A stretch of DNA of 64,000 nucleotides. Origin: Glaucostegus cemiculus. Its lineage: Eukaryota. Of the stretch, positions 11,638 to 23,610 are shown piece after piece. The position numbers and the translations under genes are program-made. The DNA lies in the NCBI GenBank assembly GCA_976551045.1, contig CDPCPM010000017.1:7316001-7380000 (forward strand). Direction: 5' to 3'. How positions within the stretch are numbered: the first letter of the stretch is position 1; each line of letters starts with the position of its first letter. The notes beneath the pieces were generated by a model. It made no database searches, was not told the origin of the DNA, and saw nothing but the letters and a program-made list of their open reading frames with translations.

Positions 11638-13988
11638 CTGGGGAACAGAAGACTAACTTAATTTTCCAAAAATTATGACTTTAGGAAATGAACATTACTG
11701 CACCTCACCGGTGAATGCACATTTGAGAATCAATCTTTTTGATCCTTTAAACAAATTGATTTTAGTTTTAACATTTGCTGGTAACAGATTTCTATTTCAG
11801 AAATATCAGTGCCACTTACTCAGTCAACAACATAAAGGGGACAATTGCTAACCAGAAAGTTTTCAAGGGAGATGTATCCAAACACTCAGGTTAGAAAAAA
11901 AATGCACAACCAAAATAAAAACATAATTGTATTGTCAAAAAAGTCTGGTTTACTTGGAGTAGCACATGTTTGCACACACTTCTGGCTGTCTTAATACCAC
12001 TGGGAAATTTGTTTCCCTACTTTCTAACAGGATTTTCATTTCCCCTAGTCCTTTTGTCTGGTGTACAGCTTGCCCAAGTGACATCAACTGCAGTGAAACA
12101 TGCAAAGTTTGTCCACAGTGAGATCTTCAACCTCACTCCTCCAAAAAATTATGGCTCTTATTTACTCACAGAACAATGGGGGCCAACACTCAAACTTGTC
12201 CTCACCGAAATCTGTGACCTCACGTGTTTTGCCCACGGAAGTTATGGTCACTCTCAGCTTTCTCGTCTCAGAATCATGTGAGGTTGCATTTGCAGACTGT
12301 CACCACATGTCAGTCTGCTGCTCCCTACTGCACAAAGTCACCCAAACTCTGCCTTCAAGGAGAAGAAACTATATTTTCTTTTCCACTTGCCCACAGGAGC
12401 AGGGAGGGTGACACCGGCATTTGCCTGAAATGCAAGCATTCAGCAACTGCACTTATGCCTCGCAGAGGCTTTCCTGCCAACTTCCTGCCTGGAACACTAT
12501 GACTTTTGTTTTTTGTGGCCCTCATGCATAAGAAACATGGCTACTATAAGCACCGTTCTTCACCAGCCTATTTATTTCCCCACATCTTCAAAGGGGCACT
12601 CATAACTTTGTTCCATTCACTCACAGCAGCACTCATCATTAAGTGAAAGAGTGTTGCTTGTATTGTGGTACATCTCTTTAGGAGTTACCTGCAAAGATCA
12701 CACTTGATGTGCTTCATGTTGAGAACTTACAGCACCTTGGTAGGAAAAGCTGTAGCGTAAACCTAGCCCCAGCAGAATATTACACAGTGAAACCCACCCA
12801 TTCTGTTTAGTGAACCTTGCAAATGAATTCTTACGCTTTATACAACTTCCTCCGACTTCATTAGGGTGAGCCACAATGCTCTTTATTGCCAAAAGAAATA
12901 AAGCCCAACAATTTCAAGTCTCCTACAGTGGGCATCATCATACACGCACTGACAACCCAAAAGAGCATCCAGAAAGAAAGGTCTGGAAGTACAAAACAGA
13001 TATGCACAACTCCTTGACAAGTTAAACTCAAACAACTTTTACAGCTTAACAACTTATCAGCCTCTGCTGTCTTTCTGATGGAGCTAACCATTTGATCCTC
13101 ACTAATCCTTCTCTCTAAATCCTTAAAATTGATTCATCTTCAAACATCCAGTCAGCTCCTTTTGGACAGCTAATTGGGTTTGTGCCAGCAATATTTTTTT
13201 CTGGTAGGGTGATCCATGTTTTAATAATTGTCATAATTTATTTTATGAGAGTACAATATACCACTTCCTTCCTACCCCTTCCCATCCCCTCTGAAAGATA
13301 CAGATGACAAACTGCACAGGGAGGCTAGAGTCTCATTTCAGCCTGGATCAGGTACTAATTATCTTGTTTTCTACTGAGCTGTACACTCAGGCACCGAGAC
13401 CAAAAAAGGATTTCTTTCTTACATACAGAGAAGAAGGGTGGTTATTGACATGTAAATGATGCAAACATTTCAAAAAGCCAATTGCCTATTCTTTAATTAT
13501 ATTAAAGATAATCTCTGAATGGTCATCTTTGCAATGACTGAACAATTCAATGTAATAATTGTGTTATCTGCATTACTGACTTGTGCACTAAAGCGTGGGG
13601 AATTGTGTAATAGAACTGTGCAGCACAGGTGGGATGCCACACTTGGATGTGTTTCTGGTCTCGACCTCATTGAACAGGAAGCTCAAAGCAATAAGTTTTG
13701 GTTGAGGGATCTGTGGCCACCTGTGCCTCATTATATAGATTAATAAGAATATTGCTCTGTAACCATAAATTATTATGGGGTTAATTGCAACTGCACAACA
13801 AGTATAGCAAAAATCATTATTTTTTTAAGGCCATTATAATGCCTCTTTCCCTGGTAAATTTTCCATCTATTGTAATAGTTTTCAAAAGGGATTTCTGCTT
13901 AGCAAATGCCCCATAATTATCTCAGTTCCACAGACACAATTTTGCACTGGCACATTATCACACTAAATATCACACATAAGCAACATAC

Positions 13989-14060
13989 CCGCATCTTAGA
14001 ACATGCATCTTGTGTTGATTCTGTTCCTCGCAATTCCTTCACCAACATAGAACCTAAATA
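13989..14060 (-). CDS. ANKS1B: ANKS1B coding exon (PTB): [24 protein letters not shown]
   Basis: 72 nt, phase 0-0. TTGTGTTTAG acceptor and CGG|GTATGT donor. PTB YLGS motif. Translated by hand. Confidence 0.97.
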
Positions 14061-14588
14061 CTAAACACAAGTAAGTTATTTTTTGCTCTGATCTGCCTTA
14101 TAACAACTCTTAGATATACAATAAACACTTTCAATTTTAACAGTCCAAAATTTGTTTCTGCAATCAAAATTATATAAGTATCTGGCAAATTTACGTCAGA
14201 GAAAAATGTTGGTATGCTGAGTGGCTTTCATAAAATAGATTTATGAGTGAATTGAAGTGGAATAAATAAAAAAATTGATATATCTTGCAGGGATTTAGGA
14301 AAGTGATAAAGCATTAATTAGTATTTGCCTAAATTGGTACTAATGGCATAAAGCAAGTATTAAAGGTGAACATTATAAAATATATGAGCTAATAACAGAA
14401 GAATAAATAATGTTACATCATTATTAAATAGAGTGGCGTACAGACCTGTTGTGTTTGTGGAATGGTATCGTTGACTACCTTCTAATGTTTGAACTTTAAT
14501 ATGGAACCCATCAAAGCATGAGGAGCATATGCACATAAATCACTGCAGCATGCTAACCTGCTTTATCTCCCATCTAATGAGCACTTAC

Positions 14589-14717
14589 ATATGCTTCATA
14601 GTCACAGGACTGAAAAATCAGCTTCTCGGGATGATGTTGCCAGTACTGCACAGGCGTTGATGATGTGGCTTCATTTGGAGGCCGAAGAGTAATGGAAGGT
14701 TCACTCCATTCTGCCTG
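14589..14717 (-). CDS. ANKS1B: ANKS1B coding exon (linker end and PTB start): (Q)[42 protein letters not shown]
   Basis: 129 nt (126 nt with the distal AG of a CAGCAG acceptor), phase 0-0, TAT|GTAAGT donor. Not in the ORF track; translated by hand. Confidence 0.96.
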
Positions 14718-16800
14718 CTGAATAGGAAAGTAAAATTAGGCTGGGGAAAACTGAACCTGTGGCAACTTAGCCAAGAATGTTTATAAAAATATTGATGTGT
14801 GTAAAAATGAATTCGTAGTGACTTTTTTTTCACACTGAAGTCCTTTTGTGTGCAGGCCATTCAAGCCCAGCTGTGATCAGAGTACATCCAATTCGAGATA
14901 AGGCATGCAGAAAGCTTGTATTGGTAATTATGAATAATCATGGAATCGAGCAAAGATGTATACCCCTGATGTACTTTTCTTTGTATATATCCCTTATTCA
15001 ATGCAACATTTCAATGACCCATTGCTGAACTAGGAAAAAAAATGCTAATTTAATTTCTACAACAGTAACATAATTGGTTTCAAGTGGAGAGAATAAAAGA
15101 AAAAGTTGCAAGTTATCTTATACAGTGGTGAGTGGTTAAAACATTCTAGCAACCAGTATCGTTAAGGATTAGAATGGAAATACTATTTTACTAAAGCAAG
15201 GTGCAATGGGATGAAATATCAAGCAGTCTATTCTTCACTGAAATAAATCAATTGCAGAAAATGGAAAAGGATAAAATATTAAAAATGCAAGACAAGTACA
15301 TGTCAAAAAAGTATGACTGGGGCAACTAAAGCATAAGGAAGAAGAGCAACCTGTACAAGGCTTACTTGTATGAAAAGCATGGCTTATGGAAAAAAAAGTA
15401 GGTAGTTTGAATGATTGTCATGTATCCCAGAGTACTGCAGGATATTGGCTATTATTATTAAAGCATCACTGGGTGCCGAGAGATTTTAAACAAAGAAAAA
15501 TCAGCATTTTTGTTTTAATAGGGAGCAAAGTATTTGCCTCAATTGATTATAGGTCCTTTGCCACACACCAAAAGCAGATAAGATAATGCATAATTTGTGT
15601 GTTGGGCAGTATCTATGATCAACAACATGAACTAATAACGGAATTTCTTGTCAAGCATCCTCATATTCTTTGAGAAGTATTTAAACTCAGCTGGTGAAAA
15701 TCCTCCTAATTTTTTTTTTCACTTAGATCTTCAAAAAAAACTTCCATACCCATTCAATAGAGTGTGGACAGGTTACAACACAAGCATGCTCCTGGGATAT
15801 GCAGATTAAGGAGGAAATCTACAGCAGAGTACCGCAAGGATCTCTGTTCAAAACACCAATATTTCTTTACCACATAATATGCGGATGCAATTAAGAGATA
15901 ACTACACCAAGTCTGAAGAAAACACCAAAATGAGATAGACCAGATTGAGTCAGGCCAACAGTTCACAATTAGATTAGGATCAGTTATGCTCTTCAAGAAT
16001 CAAATGACAAATTACATTTAATATTAACAAAAGACTGCAGACTGAGCAAAGTGAAAAGTGGCAAAGGAGTACCATGAAGGTTAGAGGTAAACAAAGGGTA
16101 ACTAAGGGCCTGAATCTTGCAGTATATTTGTCAATTTCAAAGTCGAGGCAATATGGAGAAACAATAAAAAACAGAACTGCAATAGAGTATGAAACTCCAG
16201 GAGATTACGTTGAGAGTTTATTATGTACTGGCCTGATCAGACCACTAAGTATAATAATTGTCAAATTAAATTCAATACAATGAATGGTCATCTGGATCAC
16301 TGGAATGATTATTTTTGATGCACCAAGTACATGTTTCATATCCTTGACTTCTTTTATTTTTCTTCGTTGCCTTACATCAGAGGGTGCACTCAGTTTATTT
16401 TTGTGCTGAGTTGTACGAATCCCCTCCTATTTGACGCGATGGTTAGGGTGGTCCAACTGGACAAGCAACTAGTTTATCATTGTTCAATGGACTTAATGTA
16501 CTGGTGAGGTCTTCACCATCTGTGTACTGACTGTTGAGCTGCCAAAATTTTATTCACAGGGAATTTTTGAAATGTTAGCCCTGACTCTCTATAACAAGCT
16601 TCAAATCATTATAAGTGTAACAGGAACCAGCTCCATGAAGAATATCCACCAGCTTTAGTGCTCATGTAACCAAAGTCAGTGGGAGTCCATCAGACTCCAA
16701 TCTGGCTTGTCGGGATTTTTTTTTAAACTGCTGAATAAGATATTATCCAAAAAACTTCTGCTGCTGCATATTACATTCAAACATTTTGAATCATGCTCAC

Positions 16801-16809
16801 ACGTGATAT
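16801..16809 (-). CDS. ANKS1B: Candidate ANKS1B 9-nt microexon (Ile-Ser-Arg); a 27-nt form 16801-16827 is also in frame
   Basis: Minus strand reads CCCTAATGCTATCCCGCAG ATACCTCTTCCCATGCAG | ATA TCA CGT | GTGAGCATG. Branch-point consensus, pyrimidine tract, CAG acceptor and GTGAG donor; frame-preserving between phase-0 exons. Confidence 0.6.
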
Positions 16810-17389
16810 CTGCATGGGAAGAGGTATCTGCGGGATAGCATTAGGGAGAGGTAAGAGATGAAAGCTCAGTAGAGTGTTTTTGGCTTCACTTGCCTGGCAA
16901 TGGAGGTTTGAAACAAAATGAAGCCTCTGTCTTAGACCCGGTGATATGATCTGATACTCAAAATAAGTATCTCTGCAAAATTTGTCATTACTATTGCCAA
17001 ACTATCTTCCAATTGGTTCACAGAGGAACCTGGAAGGGGAAAAAAAATCAGTAATCTGCAAATGGAATTCTGCAAACTTCAGTCAGGTGTGCAAACCAAT
17101 GCCCTTTTGATTAAGGTGGCCTCAGCTGGACAAGCCAAAAGTAGTTCACCATTGTTCACTGGTCTTAATATACTACCAATATCCATACTTCTTTCATTTT
17201 AGGTTTGTGGTGTACATCCTAAAATTGTCAGCAAAAAAGGTATTTTTAAATCTTGAGAGTCCTTTGGCTAACATATTTTTAAAAATATTTCATGAACAGT
17301 TGTGTGTACTTTGGACATCTGACTATCCAAAACAATATAGAAAACACCTAATAATATCAAAATGTCTTAAGTGTCATAAAGAGAACAAT

Positions 17390-17585
17390 AGCCAAAAGCA
17401 CCACAGATGCTGAAAATCTGGAAAAAAAATCAAAAATGCTGGAAATGATCAGTATCTATGGAAAATGAAAAAGTCACCTTTCAGTTCGATGATGTTTCAA
17501 CGTGAAACATTCATTCTATTTTTTTCTCCACAGATAGTGCCTGACCTGCTGAGCATTTCCTACATTTTCTATTTTTATTTCAGAA
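17390..17585. mobile_element. Palindromic Penelope-derived short element
   Basis: Left arm cagatgctgaaaatctgg..aaatgctggaaatg and right arm ccacagatagtgcctgacctgctgagcatttcc..ttatttcaga are imperfect reverse complements. Same family as 41505-41690. Confidence 0.65.
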
Positions 17586-17956
17586 TTATAACAAAATATG
17601 CTGGTCGGTGTACAGATGAGACACACTTGTCATTTCATTTGGGTCAGAACGCTGAATAGGAACAACCTGTCATAATTATATAAATACTAGAAGATCTAAC
17701 AAACTATGAAGCTGAAAATCTCAACAACTCGCTAAAATAAGAATTTATCTCAGAGAGAACCCAAATGATGAAGGTTTAATTATTGATGATGAATTATCTA
17801 CAAGTTAATACAGAGACAGAACTGGTAGATTATCAGGTAGTGCTGAAGTATAGTATGGCAAGCAAGCTTACAAAATAAAATGAGGAAAGTAAGCCAAACT
17901 AGTGCAAAGGGAACCCAAGGTTAACAGCCTATTGCATGTTATTCAATGCAATTTAC

Positions 17957-18136
17957 CTGAGCCATTTGTCTTTCCAGTTTTGACCTAGGCATATCCTCAA
18001 AGTAGCTGTCATTGATTCGCCTTCTTGCGTCCCCTTGCATCATTAAATGGGAAGAGGGGATATCAAGAGAGCCACCAGTGTAAGTGCTTTGGCTAAGGGA
18101 TGGGGAAAGTTGAGGAGGAGTGTTGTTCCCAGGGTC
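17957..18136 (-). CDS. ANKS1B: ANKS1B coding exon (SAM-PTB linker): DPGNNTPPQLSPSLSQSTYTGGSLDIPSSHLMMQGDARRRINDSYFEDMPRSKLERQMAQ
   Basis: 180 nt, phase 0-0. CAG acceptor and CAG|GTAAAT donor. TPPQLSPSLSQSTY and MQGDARRR..PRSKLERQMAQ point to ANKS1B rather than ANKS1A. Confidence 0.96.
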
Positions 18137-18964
18137 CTGTTCCAGAAGCAAATAGCAATGCATTAATTAATGTTATGATTTATGTACTGAAGCTCTCCTA
18201 GCCCTAATGGTTTAGTTCCTCTGCCTTGTTCATCAATGTGAAATCTAAGTATTTCAAATTGATGAAACATTCTGAACGCATGTTTACAGCCCTCACACCT
18301 AAATAATCTATCTCAAATGAATGGATCTCTCAGTTTTAATCTTGGCATAAAACCAATAATCTAACAAGAGCTATTTGGTAGAGATTAATATTAAACAACT
18401 GCTTTTGAAAATTTATTTCAGCATTAACGGAAAAATTGTATAAAAATGTGATTCTGGAGAACACAAAAGTATATTAAACAAACTTGTGCAATATGCTTTT
18501 AATGAGACAAATTGGCCTCTCTTCATTCCTTCAGGTTAAATGTTTCTGAAACTGAGTTACAATAACTGTAACGTACTCCGCACATGAAGATTTCTCTCTT
18601 CTTCCAATCGAATGAATTGTGAGCATCCTCTGCCAGCTCCCACCCTTGCTTTAACATCTAACATTCAACTAACAGGCTTGCAGCAGTGGCCCAGGTAACT
18701 CTCCTCTCCCCTTTTGCGAGTCACGTCTGGCATCAGCTCAATGCTTCCCCGCAACAATACAGCTGAGGTCAGAAACCCGAGCTTCAAGCTAGAGTGTGGA
18801 AAAATTAGAGATCAAACCTTCCTCTCACTTCTGACATGTTGAGGTGCACCAACCGACTGTGCTGCATGTACCAGTGTTTATAAGAAATATGTTGGAGAAT
18901 TTACAACTTTTGCAGATTCTGTGCTTGAAAGAGTCAGGAAGGTTGAATGTCAATGATTGTTAGG

Positions 18965-19250
18965 AGTGGTGCAGCTGCTAAAGCTGCTGCCTCACAGCTC
19001 CAGTGACCCAAGTCAATCCTGATCTCCGGTGCTGTTTGTGTAGAGTTTGCATATTCTTCCTACAAGCTCTGGATGCCCACACCCCAAGACGTGCAGATTG
19101 GTAGGTTAAGAAGCCACTTTAAGATACCCCAAGCGTGTGGGGAAGTGGTAGATACTGGCGGGGAGTTAAGGGGACGTGAGGAGAGTGGGTGCTTGATGGT
19201 CAAATGTAGACTTGGTGGGCTAAAGGACTTTTTCCATGTTGATGACCAAA
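18965..19250 (+). mobile_element. Degraded V-SINE (HE1-like)
   Basis: tRNA-like head (gctgctgcctcacagctccagtgaccc), V-domain text (gtgtagagtttgcatattct..cccaaagacgtgc-like) and a CR1-like tail. Confidence 0.7.
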
Positions 19251-20094
19251 TGATTCTATCAATAGTGATGTATCAAATATTTGCCCAAGTTCTTTCAGTT
19301 CACTGTGGAGAACCTACTGAAGCTGTTGACAGATTATGCTTTGTATTTCAAACAGGTTAGCTACAGTTTAATCATGCCCCGTGAACCTTTGATGGATAAT
19401 TAGAATTTTACACCAATATTTTCTTCTTTGATGGGATTTTGCATGTATTTATTTTTGAAATTAATTGATTAATTGTTGCAAAGTTATTCTTGCAAAATGC
19501 CAATTTTTATTTAGCTCTCTCTACCACTACCCAAAAGATGCCAAACAAAAAGGATTCATTTCAGTAATTAGTGGCTCATTCAATGGTTGTCAAGTACCAC
19601 AGAATGTCATAACGAAAGATGCTGCATGAATTAAAATAGCAGGTTAACTCACTGTTTTCCCCAAAGGGCCTTAAAGGAAGCCTTTGATGACCCAAACAAA
19701 CAGCAAGTTCCAAGTGCCAGATTTTGATGGAGTCTTTTGAAGATGTGGAAGAGGGGTAGTAATTTAAAGAGTTTGGGAAATGAGTTTGCTCTCCACAGGT
19801 AGTGTGCAGAGCTAGAAACATTGTGGGTAGCTGTTGGGAAATGGAGCTGTAGATTTTCAAAAGGTGAAAACAGCAAAACCCTGGAGACATTTGCAAAGGA
19901 AGGCGTGTACTTTGATGTCACAGTTGTTGGAGGAGATAAAAAAAACAAGATCGAAACTTGTTAAGAAAACAAATGGTATAAATGTGGCTCTGGATACCAG
20001 AGTAGACTTATAAATGAGTTCTAGTTTACATCCGCTACTGCGAAACTTCTAGGATTTGAATGAAGAAGGTTTGTTGGAGTAATCCGTTTTAGAA

Positions 20095-20440
20095 AGTAAT
20101 GGGTTTTGATGATGGATTGGTGTGTGGCAGTATGGGAATTAGGCCAGCCAAATAAAGGAAGCAGTCTCTCTGACAAACTGGATGTGGATGTTGACATCCA
20201 GTTTAGGCACTAATATCGTATGAACAATAGCAAGCAGCTGAAAGAGGACCAAATCAAAATCAGAGGCATAGACACTCTACCAGGGACCAATCAGGATTGT
20301 GTCATTCTTGCTCCAACTGAGCTGGGGAAGGTTATGGTTCATCCAGGACTTGAAGTCAGGCAGGCATTTGGAAAACATGGCAACCAACCTGTTATAGGGT
20401 TGGTATGGAGAAGCAGGATTGGACCAAGTCTTTGTACAGT
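20095..20440 (-). mobile_element. Highly degraded L2-like LINE RT fragment
   Basis: gttatggttcatccaggacttgaagtcaggcaggca resembles the reverse complement of the L2 RT segment (CLSDI..WM..N.L.LN). Confidence 0.4.
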
Positions 20441-23400
20441 CAGATAACGATGGAAAAAGGCAGAAAATGAGGACAAAATTGACTTGTCCTTTATCATGAA
20501 CAACGTCAATTTTTCTTATGTGAGCCTCTCACTCAAATAATGTGGCTTAATCCTTTCACTGACTCTTGCACATCTTTCCAACTGGTTACCAAGTCAGAAA
20601 CAGCAGAAATATTTACAGCATTATATTTCTAGAATTAGACTTGCTACTCCGGTCATATCTGGTCAGTTCAACCAATGAGAAGTAAAGCAACACAGAGCAC
20701 GTTCTCCTCCACTGATCTGGCATTGTAAGTTATTGAAAATCAGAAGTATTATTTAGTATGATATTAACCAAATTATTGATTAAAACATTTACTCACAACT
20801 GGGTTATTATTAAGTGTGGTGTCAAAAAAAAAAGATCATGACAAAAAGTATGAAATCAGTATGATCTGAATGAAAGCTCCAGTAGAAATGTTGATTTATT
20901 AACTGTTTCCCAGGGCCAAATATCTAGAAACAATTCAAATGGCACTTTGTTCATAATAATATTTTTAGGGTTATGCATCTTCAATTATCTACGTTTCCCT
21001 TTGCACCCTGAGGCCATCTGAAATGAATTCAGTGACAGACATTATGCAAAAACATTACCAACCCAAGGACAACAATATTAGGTTTTTTTTAAAAAGCAGG
21101 GTTGGGGTGGAGAGGGAGCAGGGTGTTTGACTGATGTGAGAACAGCTCTAAAGTCTTTGCAGTTAGGCCATTTGTATTTGCCACATTAGCCTCTGCATAT
21201 TACAAACTGCAGACGGTCCAGACATGCAATAACTATAAACACAAAGAGTTCCTCGGAAAAGGAACTGCACTTGGAATTCATAGACAGTCTTCCGTTACTT
21301 GAAAAGTCGTGCTCACTTTCTGTTGGTAGGTGATCATTGTGTAGCAGAGAAAGGAATACACACAACAATAAAATTGCTTTTAATCACAATTAGTGGTCTC
21401 AGGGATTTGAAACTATTTGTTAAAACAATGGCTTTCACAGTATTTCCTACAGTAAACACATGAGATGATGTTTCATTTTCAGGATGACATATAATTGTGT
21501 GACAGAAGTTGGATAACCCCTTTCATTTCAAGCTACGCAGGTACAAAGACCAACATCTGCCCTTCACTACAGTTGAGTTAAACGTTTCTTGGGAAAAGCA
21601 TGGCGTAGGAGTAACTACATCCTGCAGTGAAGGCAGGTATCAAAAATTCGGAAGCATACGTGCACTTTATTGTGGGGAGGCCTCATTTCCACGTTGTCCA
21701 GCTTTACTTCAGAGGTGACTTACCATCCAAGATACGATATATACATCATCTTGCAAGATGGAATTGCGGGATTCAGGACAACTGACCTATTGATATAAAA
21801 AGAGATCCAATCTGAATAGCACCTAGTATGAGTGGCTTTTGCTTCCACCACTCGTCAGTTGTTCCCTCCTTCCAAGATAGAGGGTCCTATCACAGCACAC
21901 TGCTTCACCTAATGGTTTGCACGAGAATTAACAACATTTGCTTCCAAAAGTGGGAAGCAGATTTGAATGCACAAACAGTTCCATGTAAGTTACACAGATC
22001 TGTGGATACATTTCTATGAATCCCCAAATATTGGCCTGGAAACAGTTATTTTTTTCTGCTTTTTTTTTTTGAAAAGAAAATGACAGAATTCAATTTAAAG
22101 GAAAGTAAAATGGTAGAAATACACAGTAATACCTGAAGAAAGAAAAGATGGGGTAATGCTTCCAAAGTAAACCATTTATTAGAACTGGAAGATAAATAAT
22201 TCCAACACTCCACTTTTATTTAAGATTTCTCGCATTTGGATTTTGAGCTCCTGTTTTCAGCATGTAAAATAATGCCAACTATGATATAACAGAGCTTTAA
22301 AAACAGACATTTTGGTTTGAGAAATTAACATAAATTATGGTAAAAATCATATTCTAAAAAATGTATTAAAATCTGACTTTGAGTTTAATGTAAAACCTTC
22401 TGCAATAATAAAATAACTCAAATATGCCCTAACTCCCTTCTCCCATATTCTATGTCCTCGTACACCCAACATGTGCACGATTTCCTTTTCAACTGAATAT
22501 TGAATTATTTGAAAAATACACAACTACTTGGAAGTGCTTCTCTTTCTTTAATGTGAGCACAACTGTGAAAGATCTTTCCATGAATACTTCAATGACATTT
22601 TAGGCCGAAGGCATTAAAAAAAGGCAATCAAACAGACCTTGATACAAGCTTGGTGCACAAAAAATTGCACTAAGTGTTGTTTCCACTGAAAGCAGGCAGA
22701 AAGATCTGGGTGGGATCTTAATACACCCGATTCTTCAAACTATGCAGATGCGTTAGTAATCCAATATTGCCTGCACAAAACCTTCCTTATAATTTTCTTC
22801 ATGGCTGTATAATTAACTGCTCACTAAGGATTTCCTTTAGTAGTGTGCAGGATTTTAGTGTGTTCTGCTCCATATAATCAAGTAAAAAAGTGATTGAATG
22901 GAAAGAGCGTAGTGAGATGAACTGTGAATAATTTTAAAAATTAAGAAAATGAAGCAAATAGCTTAAATAAGTTAAAAATGTCAAAAGATTGCAAACATCA
23001 TTTAATAAATCTTAAAAAGATTTGTGATTATGTAAGTGCTGTTGATGGAGGGTCAAAATGTGGTGCAGACTAAAGCTAAGACTGACTTGGTGACTATCTG
23101 AATCCCAGGATCATAGCTGAAAGGATTTGACATTTGTGGTAAATAGAGTTTACTTTTTAATGAGAATAGTTATTGATTTTTTCTTTCTTTAACACCCACT
23201 GAAAGATTTGATAGATTTTTCAGGCTGGATTTGAACATAAGGTCACAATAATAAAAACTTGAAATGAGTTTTTCCACCTCTTAATTTCACAATATTGCTT
23301 GCAAGATCTTCAGGGAATATTCTCACATACGAAACAAAGAACGTTGGTGGTGGTCATGAAGCAAGAAGGATTACCGAAGCAAGCAGCTAATAATGATACA

Positions 23401-23502
23401 GGCCAATGCTGAAGGCTGGGCTAAGATTTTAATTAAAATCATACCGAGCTATATTTCATGTGAGTAACAGTATTAATTCAACACTGCATGAACACAGCTT
23501 AC

Positions 23503-23610
23503 CCTCAGAGTAATGGTTCGTGGAGGCTTCTGAGGAGGTTCGTCGTGAAGTCGGTCTCCAAGTGATGCCAAGATTCGTTTTCTGTGACCCAGGAGATTGA
23601 TTTTCAATAC
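23503..23610 (-). CDS. ANKS1B: ANKS1B coding exon (end of SAM2 with basic HRKR NLS-like motif): [36 protein letters not shown]
   Basis: 108 nt, phase 0-0. CCTTTTCAG acceptor and AGG|GTAAGC donor. Near-identical to ANKS1[37 protein letters not shown]. Confidence 0.97.

Noticed and set aside
16930-17045. Strong acceptor (TTTTTTTTCCCCTTCCAG near 17030), considered as the orthologue of the optional mammalian SSVCEIW exon
   Set aside because: Phase 0 hits TGA after three codons. The SSV-starting frame is in the wrong phase, and no matching donor or further similarity was found.
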